A DNA stretch of 64,000 bases from Raillietiella orientalis (lineage: Eukaryota): NCBI GenBank assembly GCA_036172245.1, contig JAYWIR010000027.1:806001-870000 (forward strand). The letters are read 5' to 3'. Numbering within the stretch: position 1 is the stretch's first letter; every line of letters starts with the position of its first letter. The position numbers and the translations under genes were made by a program. This document shows positions 12,674 through 22,331 of this stretch, one piece after another. A model generated the notes under the pieces. The model searched no databases, was not told where the DNA came from, and was given only the letters and a program-made list of their open reading frames with translations.

Positions 12674-13124
12674 GCAAAGCCGTGCGTAGAGCTCTCATTC
12701 TCACGGCCGCCGACGCAGACGGCACCAATCTGCGTCGTCTCGTTGAGCCCTCCCAGTGTGCGGAGCTCCTCTTTCTCGCGTCCGCCGCCTCTCCGGCCGG
12801 CGCTCCTCGCGGGCCGAATGGTGCTTCTCTTTCGGATAGATGACAACGCCCAGGACGTCGGGACTGAGGTGTCGTGCACAAGTCAGGGAAAGGGAAGTGG
12901 ATCTCGAAGCGGATCAGCTGGTAATAGGCTGCCGAAGTCAAAAATTTTCCCCCCCCTCCCCTTCTCCGAGGGGAATTCGATTCCTGTTTCCCCGGCTTCT
13001 CTTCGATTGGGTCCGTCCGTCCAGGCCCTCGTAGGTGCTGCAAATTCGGGTCGTTTTAGGGGAGGCGAGCGCACTGCACCCTCACTGCTCAAAAGTCCAA
13101 GCGCGTTTGCTGGCTCTGGCGCGG

Positions 13125-13320
13125 AAAGACGGAAACTCCACGGAGAAGCCCGGCATCTCGTCGTTCCCACGGGCGATTCCTGGTAAACGCGATCCCCCGC
13201 TGCGCGGGCCCTGAGCGGGTTCACCTCCCAGCCGAGGCGTTCTCCACCGGGCTGCGGAATGGGTCATCACCCACGGCCACCTGGCACGCTACCCTTCCTA
13301 CGCTGCAGGGTAGCCACCTC
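13125..13320 (+). repeat. Dispersed repeat family A, copy 4
   Basis: ccacggagaagcccggcatctcgtcgttcccacgggcgattcctgg and acctggcacgct match 7760-7805 and 7884-7894. Confidence 0.75.
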
Positions 13321-14039
13321 TTCACGGACGCGATGATCATCGGTCTGGGATGGGACGCCACGTCGTCGCGAATACTCTTTTTTTTTTTTTTTCATTTCTT
13401 TTTCCCGACTTTTGCAGCCGACCACCATCCTCAATAAGAAGCAGAGATGCTCGGTCACTCGAAAGCACCTTCCTTCATTTTGTCGCAGCCCCCCGAGAGA
13501 AGACAAATTTGATGCAGGGTCTTCCCTCGCTTGCTTTGCTGGCTTCAGCGCGACAGCTTAACCCGGGAACAGGAGTGCTTGCACGCGCCCGGTGTCGTCA
13601 CTGCTTCCCAATGACCATTCCTCCCATCGCCCTGCCACCAGCAAGAACCTTCGTTTGCACTGTTTGCCGGTGAAACTCATCGGAGTTCTGTCAGTACGAA
13701 ACCTTCAACAGACTTTCAACCGGGACACCAGAGGCACAAAGAGAAGATCAGGTGTCAGGGGAAGCGAAAACAGAACGCCGCCTCCTCTGCTCACCGGAGC
13801 CAATTAGTGGGAAAGGGCTCGAATTCAGCCCGAGTTCGGCAGGCAAAACTCCCTTCAGCGAGCAGAAAGGTGAGCATCAAAACCAAGTTGCCCGCAAAAA
13901 CCCATATAGCGCAGTGGTCGCTGTCCTCGACGGACACTTTCGTTTCTTATGCAACAGAATATACACCGCTAAAATACGAGGTCATTACAAACGACCTGAA
14001 AATTTTTATCCCTTGTAAACACGGAACGCAGCTTACCGA

Positions 14040-14600
14040 AAAGAAGAAATTCAAGAGAAGCAGTGTCACGAGCTGGAGAAGAGCTTCACGCTACCTGCGC
14101 ACGTTCTCGGGCCCGAGAAGGGCATGACGGTCGCGGGCCCGGGAAGAGTTTGCTGCCTCGACTTCCTTGGCGTACGGTTCAACAAAATTTGTGGAGAAGC
14201 AGGTCATGTGGAATGAGCCACATGAAGGATGGAGAACTGATATTTCTCCTATATAAAAACCAAGGAAGGGTAGCCATGTTGGCCACCAATGCTTGATCTC
14301 TACTCGCATGTGGTAGGCATGTGGTTGGCTGGTCAGTGAGTAGCTCAGTACAATTGGTTATGGACTCTTTATCAATGGCCCAATGAACTGTCAGAAATCT
14401 GTGGTTGAGCAGCGTTCAAGGCTTACGATGTACTTCGCAAGGTCATCGATATGTGGCAACCACAAAGAATGTGGCACCTGACATGGGCCATAAAGTCTCG
14501 TGTTGCGACAGTTCTTTATGTAGACACCTTCTTCTGTTTATCTGGAAAGGAAGTTACTGAGGAACACTTCTAAGCACTTTAATTACTGGATTCAGACTAC
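14040..14600 (+). mobile_element. Highly decayed RTE-like LINE reverse transcriptase fragment
   Basis: Frameshifted motifs occur in RT order: GP...LDFLGVRFNKI, WNEPHEGWRTDISPI/YKNQG (cf. P.EWR.S...PI.KNKG) and KAYDVLRKVI (cf. KAYDRVPREV). Confidence 0.55.
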
Positions 14601-14879
14601 TCTTCCACAAAAGTTTGCAAAGAGGACGCTATTCCAGCATCTTAGCTTTAGCTCTTGTCGTATCCAATGCTAAACGCCATTTCTCGCTCGACCTTGCTCT
14701 GCTGACGGCCGCGCGTCTGTACTTCTGGTCGAATCACAAAGGTTAAACAAAAATGAAGCTATAAGACGTAAAGAAAAGCTCGCAGATTTCATCCCGCACG
14801 ACGCAGTGTTGCCAAACAAAACAGTGCATCCGCTTTCCCCTTCCCCTGCGCCTCGGGAGAGGACCTCGCCGGTCTTAGC

Positions 14880-15257
14880 ACCGGCTTACGGCAAGTCTTC
14901 AAGCGTGGTAGAACAAAGTGTTCTACCACGACAGCCAATATCTGTAGACTTTATTATCTAATTTTGTAAAAAATCAGAATAATAAATGCCCCGGCATATC
15001 CGGGTGATGAAATCCGCGCTGTCGGAGCTGATTTGAGTGTTGACGGTCCAATGCGAAATATCGAAGGTGAAACTCCTTGCGATTTGGTTCGACTGCGAGC
15101 TGTTTTTATGGTAAAAATTGAGAGTAGCTGTTGTTTTTTCGCCTGGGTTTGCCAAAGACGTTTTTTTTTCAAAAATCATAATAAAAGTTGTCAATATTCC
15201 AAGTTCGCAGTAGAACAGTTGGTTCTACCACGCGCGAAGGACTTGCCAAAAACCGGT
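14880..15257. mobile_element. MITE (~378 bp) with ~50-bp imperfect TIRs, each containing an 11-5-11 palindrome
   Basis: Left end accggcttacggcaagtc-ttcaagcgtggtagaacaaagtgttctaccacg; reverse complement of right end accggtttttggcaagtccttcgcgcgtggtagaaccaactgttctactgcg. The interior is AT-rich. No clear TSD. Confidence 0.75.
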
Positions 15258-15394
15258 ACGCAGACCAGCGATGTCCGCTCCAGAGGCGAAGGGAGAGGGA
15301 ATACAAAACAAAAACAAACAAACAAAAAAGACCAAAAAAGGGGCGGAAAGGAGCTTTTTGGGGAGAATGGGGGTGAGGAAGGAATCGCTGTTCG

Positions 15395-15870
15395 TCTGGA
15401 GACGTCCTCTGCATCCTGTTCAGGATGCTGAGAAGTTCTGTTTTATTATGCTGCAGCTGGAGCTATCGGTAAGAGGTCTTCAAGAAGATTCCCCCCCCCC
15501 CCCAGTGGATGGTATCCCGACTATTTTGGCCTCTTCTTGCGCTCCAGCTTGCCACGATTCCACGTACACAGCAGAGCACTGCAAGGGACGCGGCTGGCGG
15601 CAGTGCGGCACTGCTCACGAAGAGGCGTCTGAAAATGTCCCTGGGGCCCTCAACCGAGGATTCCTACGGTAGTCGCGAGGCGATCCCAAAGGGGTCAGAG
15701 GGCAGCACAGTTGAGCAGCAGCTGTCGCACGGAACGTCCACGCTTTCCCGTGTCCAGTGGAGAAGGTGCGCTTTGCATGGGATTTTACCCCATGCAACAC
15801 CAGAAACTTCCGCCACTCGAGGGGGAGGGTGTCACTGCTCCAGAACACTGGGGTTCACTTCGCCTTCAGA
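15395..15870 (-). repeat. Dispersed repeat family B, copy 2
   Basis: cgtcctctgcatcctgttcaggatgc and gtccagtgg...ttgcatggga...atgcaaca align with 9063-9088 and 9428-9476. Confidence 0.7.
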
Positions 15871-16909
15871 AGTGGGGTCTTGCGATGCACGAAATGACGA
15901 CCTCACAGACGGTAGCACGTGGGACTGCCTCGTAATACAGCAGCCGGACCGGAGAGAGACGCTGGGTCCCTCCTGAGGAGTGGGAGAGTCCCGTATTTTT
16001 CCCCGAGCTTGCGGAGCTTTCGCGGGGCACTGGTGCGACTCCTCAGGACCCACGGCTGCTCCTTTCCTCACGGTCGGACGCGAGTGCCGGAGCTCAGCAG
16101 CCCCGCGGCCCGTTCCACGCTCTCCCACTTCCCGCGGAGCCCATGCTTTCGACGCGGGCAACGTCGATGCTCGGCTGCAACCGGAGCGTTCCGTCCTCGG
16201 AGGCTGCGAACCCGACAGACAAAAGGAGACAGTTTGCTCTCGTTTCGTCGGAAGTGGATGGATCCACGGATGCAAAGAAATGATTCCGGCACTGTACTAT
16301 TTGGAACTACTTTTTTTTGCGCACAAACCGAGGAGTTTTCGTCCAAGGGAGTTCCTGCTGCACACTTTCCGGACTTCCAGTCGAAATGTTTTCTACGCCG
16401 CCAAGGATAGGACAGCGAACGGGGAGCAGCGAAAGCGTTCCGAGGTCTCCACATCGGAGTCGTCTGCCTTTTTTACGCGGCTCCAGTGTTTCCTTTTTTC
16501 CCCTCTTCTTCCTGCCCTGAGCGGTCCCCGCGTCGAAGGGCAAAGAAACCCGAAAATTTTTTTCTCGCCTTCGAAATGCGCGGCGCTTCCTTCCGTCTTG
16601 GGGAGCCGAAAGCGCCATCTCCGAACGCAGCATACTCTGAAGGGTAATCCGAAGCTCCTCGAAATCCTTACTGCGAAGGGGAGTAATTGGATTCCGGGAT
16701 CGGGTTCCCAGCTTCCGGGATTACTGCAGCTGCGACTGGAACCTCGGGGTATCCGGCTCTGAAGCCCGAGCCGTGCGAAGAGAGCAAATACCTCGGAGGC
16801 GTCCGTCCCCGAGGCCGGCGGGCGGAAGAAGACGCGTTGCATCCAGTCTGGCGCGTCTCGAGCCAGCGGCTTTCAGAGTGGTGCTGCGACGTGCAAAAAG
16901 GAGGAAATG

Positions 16910-17532
16910 GACCCTCGATCGAAGCGGGGTAACTCCAGGATGGGACCACCCCTCGAATCCAGGAAGGAGCCCGTTCCTCTCTTATGCTTGGGAGGGGACC
17001 CTGAAGGAAACCACCTCTCCCTTATTCTTTGTGGAGGGACACTCAGGAGAGGGCCGCTCCTGGAATTTCTCACCCAAAGGGAACCGCAGGGGTACTGCTC
17101 CCTGTTCCTTCCACCTCTGAAGGGAACCCCGAAGCGATGCTCCCAAATTTTCTCTGAAGTCGAGTCACTCCCTGAAAGGAGCAGCTCGCTTCTTGCAGCC
17201 TGAAGGGGCAACTCCCGAGGGGGATATCAGTCAGCTTCGTGGAACGCGATGGGAAGTCACCCCCCGAGGTAGGGGAGCCGGCACCATTTTCGCAACCAGA
17301 GGGGAACCCCGAAGGTCTCCTTGATGTCCTGGAAGAACTCCAGAGGGTCAAGAGAGACATCCGGTTTCCGGCTTTTGCCAGCGCTATAGGACAATCAGAG
17401 CCATCCTGCGGGGGGAACTCTAAAGATCCACGACCCATCTCCCGCTCTTGGCGTCCATCCACCCTGCCCCCCGGGCGGGGCGGGATTCGAACCTGCGACG
17501 CTTGGTGCTGCGCGGCGGCCGCCAACGCGGGC
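16910..17532 (-). mobile_element. tRNA-headed SINE-like family C, diverged copy with head
   Basis: The minus strand begins gcccgcgttggcggcc...gtcgcaGGTTCGAATCCcgcc (B box 17483-17493). The body aligns with 12110-12650 (cgcaacc.gaggggaac.ccg..gg.ctccttgat..cctggaagaactcc.gagggt). Confidence 0.8.
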
Positions 17533-19868
17533 TACACGTGCGTTGCGGCATGGGGCCAAACGTAGGCGGCAACAAGGTGGGGGGAAAAAACGCCGGAGGC
17601 GGCAGCGGATCGCAAGCGAGAGAGAGAGCAAGTCGGAAGCGTGAACGCGAGCAAGGTCAAGAGGAAGACAGGGATGTCCCGGCCATCGACGTCCAAGGCA
17701 CCACGAAGAAGACCTGGTGGTCCGATCAGAAGTGCAGGATGCAGACATGCAGCCGTCGCCACCGACCGCGGTTGCGCGAATCCGCGACGGGGCGAGGTCG
17801 CGAGGGAGATGACGGACGACGCATTCGCAAGCGGACTTCTTGAAACCAAGGTCCCACCTTGGTTTCTGGACATGCTTCAGCGTTTGTGGCAGGCCGTGGT
17901 TTCGGAACGATCCCGAAGTGCCGAAGTCTAGCCACTGGCCGTTTAGCTTGCGGAATCTCCAAAAGGCGCGGAGAAGGTACAGCTCCCAACTGTCTGCTGC
18001 GAACGAAGCAAATGACACTGAAGACAACGGACCAACTCGTGGAACTTTGTTGGAGTTCCTCCTCCTCCTTTCCACAAGGCGTTATTCACGCAGCGGCCAC
18101 TTCGGCTCCATCCCACAGGAGCCACCGTCGATTTTTCCTTTTGGTTCTGAAGTGTTCATACTCTACTGTGGTAACGTTGAAGGTCCGCTTTTCCACAAAT
18201 ACTCTCGTGTCATTCATGTTTAACACGTAGGTCTTGTAAAACGCGGAACGCATTTCTCCCCCCCACCCCTCCCCCCGCGTTATACGAGGGCCCTCTCGCA
18301 CCACACTTGTAGCGCACTCAGTGTGCCGCGATGAACCATACCCTCAAGCCGCGGTGACTCGTCGTCGCTTCGGAGGTTCTCCGAGTTGCTGGGAGAGGAA
18401 GAAGGCTCCTCCTCTTCCTTGCGATACGTCCTTCCGGGAGGAACGTTTCCCACACTTTCCGGGTCCGTTCTGTGTGGGGGAGCAGGTTGAGCATTCGAGG
18501 GCGCGGAGGGAAGGGTTCAACTGCACGGGGGGATGCGAACTGGGCCGGTCCGAAACCCCCACTGTCCTCCGCTGCCCAAGGCGAACCCAGCCATTTCTGT
18601 CGCACGGAAGACGCCTGGCGCCCTCTCCGTCACGTCGTCTGATGAAACCTTGCACGCTGCCGATGCGCCGCCGCGTTCGAATGAGTTTCCGTGGGGACGC
18701 GGGTAAAGCCGGCTTCAGTGGGGAAGAAGCGACGAGATGATGCCTAGTCGTGGGGTCCGCGCACCGCTTGCACGTCGATGGTCCCCCTTTCCGGGCGAAG
18801 CGCTCTGTGGACACCGCTACCTCTGCCGGAGGGGTCATCTCGACCCGTGAAGATGCGGCAAAGCATCCCCCCTCCGGGCGTTTCCCGGGTCAGCTTATCG
18901 GACGACACTTCCCCTCTAAGGATCGCCCCCGCGGCCGCCGCCGCCTTCCGAGCCTCTCGCTGCAGCTGGCAAACGACGGGGAGGGGCGGGAGTGGGGATG
19001 AAGACCGAGGTCCCCAAGACATGGGGGCTGCCCTAAACACTCCGCTATTCCGACGCGCGTGAATCCGGCGTGCGCTTTCTCTCCTTCTTTCTCTTCGGGA
19101 CAGAGGGCGACTCGCGCCCCTGGTCAGCTGGATCATCGCCGTGCCAGCGGCCCACTGCCGAATAGGGGTCGCCTGCAGCTGGAGAGTGATGGGACTCCTC
19201 CCAGTTCATGCGCGTCGAGCGCGGGATCCCTTAGGATCGACGGGGACGGCCTTCCAGACGGCGCCCCGCTTACTCTCCTTTCCACATCGCAAGCACCCGG
19301 GAAGGCGAAGCTTTCCCTTTCTTATAGTCGTCTGGAAACCATGGGTGACTGGCGCTCTCAAACCAGTTACTGCTCGCTGTGCTGCTCCGCTTCCTCGGAG
19401 ACCGCTCCTGGAGACTCTCTCCGGCTGCCCCGATGCGCATCCGTAGCCACGCGAGACAAGCGCCGCTTCTCATGGAAACCGCTTCCCCCTTCCACTGCGG
19501 CCAAGAACGGGCGAACGGCTCTCCCAAGTCGGAGTTCAATGACCACCGCTATCGCAGAGGGTGCGTAAGAGACGGCACGGAAGGCGGCGGCGGCGGCGCC
19601 ACCTGGCGGCGGAAGCAGGCGCTTCCCTGCCGGGCAGCCAGCACCGCCTTTCGAGCTCTCGTGGGTTCCCCTGCCTTGCTGGGACACACACACCCCTTCA
19701 TCCCCTCACCTCGTCCGCGCTCTTCGTCAGGACCGCGGTCTTGGCCTCCTGGCGCCGGCGCAGGAACACACAAGACCATCCACTGGCCCTTGCCGAGCAA
19801 GCAGCCAGCGCAGGGGGGGAGAGGAGACTTGGCTCCTCATCTTCCGCTCGCGGAGATCGCAGCTACAC

Positions 19869-20833
19869 GCCCGCGTTGGCGGCCTTGTGGCTCCGCGCGC
19901 GACACCGCGCTTCGCCGGTTCGAATCCCTCCCGGGGAGAAGAATCGACGGCAAAGAAATAGGGAGGTGCGTCGTGGGTTTCGCTTCGAGTTCTCCCCGCA
20001 AGATGCCGCTGGTTGGCCTATGCGGGTGCGACAACGATGGAAGCCGGAAACCCCCAGATGCTCCCCCGTTGCGTGACCTCCGGGATTGGAAGTCTTCCAG
20101 AACCCTCCGGAGTTCTTCCAGGAATCAAGGAGTCCTACGGAGTTCCCCTCCGGTTGCGATAAGGAAGCCCTCCCTCCTCCTTCGAAGGATCGCCTTTCCA
20201 GGGTGTGAAGAATCGTGCTGGTCCCTTCGAGGAGCGCCTTTCAGACAAAATGGGGAAGCGTCGCTTCAGGGGGTTCTCTTCAGAGGAGTAACAAGGAGGA
20301 GCGGTTCCCTCGCCAGGGTTCCCTCTGGAGAAGTGGGATGGGGGGTGATACCCTCCGGAAGACCGACCCTTTCGGAGAGAATGAGGAAGAGGGTAAGAGG
20401 GTCCCTTCATGGACGATCGGGGCGAGGGTCCCCTGCCGGACGCAGACTCCGGAGTCACCCCGGATTCGTGGGGTGGTCCTCCTCTTGGGGTACCATCCCA
20501 CCCCCACCCCGAAGAGTTAACGCGCACCCCCGGGTGGCGTGGACGAGGGTCAAAGAGCTTCGTAGGACGACGGTTCCGCAGGACTTGGCGCTCCCCATCT
20601 GCGGTCACCGGCGACTGCCCCGATGCGGGCCCTCTTCCGCTTCGGCAGGAGGCTGCCATGGTGCAGGACCACGCGTGGATGCCGTGCTCGCCCACGAACC
20701 GCGGTCTTCTAGAAACCGCAGGAGACAACTCGGGACTAGGAACGGCCTCGATACGTGAGGCTGTGCTCCCAGTGCTCTTCTCGCTCTTTCCCGCTTCCCG
20801 CTGAAAAGACCCAGGAAGATCGCGCGAGCTCAA
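19869..20833 (+). mobile_element. tRNA-headed SINE-like family C copy; right arm of the inverted repeat
   Basis: The head has an A-box-like tggcggccttgtgg (19877-19890) and a B box ggttcgaatcc (19917-19927), followed by a ~900-bp body. Confidence 0.85.
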
Positions 20834-21289
20834 GGAACCTCTACTGACGTCGGCGCTGCCCTTCCTATGGGAGCATCACCATGGCAACGAGCCCGCGAGA
20901 TGAAAGATCACTTGTGAAGCTGGTTTCAGAAAGAGGAGAAAAATTTGGGAGGCCGGACGGCGCGATGACTTGCCGAGCTTTCATCACCACTCTCGTCCAC
21001 CTCAAAGGGCTTCTCCGCTGAGCGGATGCCCTAGGAGTCCCCTCAGATGGAGTGCGGAACTCGGCGGGGTTTGGGGGGGAGGCTTTGCGTTTTCCCCGGA
21101 GGCCGCAGGGGCTCGGCGACTGCTTCGGGCCGCCCGTGAAACGCGTGCCTCCACCTCTGGACCAGAAAAGAGGGGGGGATAGGGGGTAGAGTCCCGGACC
21201 GTGCCCGTTGCGGCAAAAAGAGAAACCCTCCTGCAACTACCGACCGAGTGCGTTGTCCCCTGGAGCGCGTGGCAATGTTTGGACGCGTC

Positions 21290-21775
21290 TCTGAGCTTAC
21301 CAGGACCCGACGCGGGGGAGAGCAGCCGATCTGGAAAGGAGGAGTTCAGCGGCGGCACGGGAAGGGAACAGCAGAATGAACTTCCGGTACTAGTAGGAGC
21401 GTTTCTTCATCTGGCGCGCGGCCGAAGAGCGAAACCGGAGCGAGCACCCGCCGCCTAGGGAACTGCCCTGCAGAGCGTTTCTCCGCACACACCATCTCTT
21501 CCTGCTCGCACTCCGCTGCATTCCCGGACAGCCGAAGGGACGCCCGGAGAGGGGATCCACGCGCAACCTCCCTCGCCAGCTTCCCCGCCTCTTCACGCGC
21601 GGTGCGACGTCGCCCGCGGCCTCGACTGTGCCTGAGCTGCGACGACAGAGGCGCTGGGAGCGGAGCCGTGTCTCCCACCGTCTTCTTACAGGGAATAGCG
21701 GCGACACGGTCCAATTCAACTCACTTCGAAAGAAGAACCGTCATCCTGCAAAGGATGCAGAGGACGCCAGGGGGA
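21290..21775 (+). repeat. Dispersed repeat family B, copy 3 (internally deleted)
   Basis: 21300-21500 aligns with 26980-27190 (aggacccg.cgcgggggag.gcagc; gcacccg.cgcctagggaac.gccctgc). catcctgcaaaggatgcagaggacgcc is the reverse complement of the 9061/15401 block. Confidence 0.75.
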
Positions 21776-21816
21776 TGCTTGGGTGGCCCCTTGCCTTCCT
21801 TCCCCAACATCCTTAA

Positions 21817-22331
21817 CCCTTTGAGTGCTATGGACACGTAGATGCGTCCCACAAAAACCATCGGCGTGGACTGTGGACGTGTCTATGGGTTTGGCAAGTG
21901 CTTTCACATTGTACACGCGGCACAAATTAGCACTATCCGTGTTTGAGGTGGACGACGCATCCACTCACGTTCTTACAGTTCCCTTGGCAACGACAGTAAA
22001 CGACATTCTATTTATATATCGGCCAGAGATTTCTCTCGGTGTGGCATGTAATTTATTATGCCGTTTTTCATCTTTGCGATATCTTGAAAAATGTGAACGA
22101 ATTTCTTCGAATCATAATGACAACTTTTAAATAAATAATATGTGCTTGGGAAAAAATAGAAATATTCCATTTAATGTGGTGTAAATAAACAATTACAATG
22201 AATGGGCACTTTATGTAGTGAGTCGGTACTTCGATGGAGCACGCGGTGCTCGAAAAAGCGTTCCGTGCAACCGCGACTCGCGTGCCGTCAGCACGGAACG
22301 TCAAGATCTGATGAGCTTCGCACCCAAAGGG
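21817..22331. mobile_element. Non-autonomous piggyBac-type MITE (515 bp)
   Basis: TTAA at 21813-21816 and 22332-22335. TIRs are CCCTTTGAGTGC and GCACCCAAAGGG (11/12 match). The interior is AT-rich and non-coding. A TTAA TSD with CCC...GGG ends is diagnostic of the piggyBac superfamily. Confidence 0.85.

Noticed and set aside
19869..19940. Functional tRNA gene (also 17465-17532)
   Set aside because: A B box is present, but I could not fold a proper cloverleaf or anticodon arm, there is no T-run terminator, and the head is fused to a repeat body.
11759..20833. Polinton/Maverick or DIRS element bounded by long TIRs
   Set aside because: No (AG)n termini, no TSD, and no polB, integrase or tyrosine recombinase ORF in the spacer. 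The arms are members of a dispersed family.
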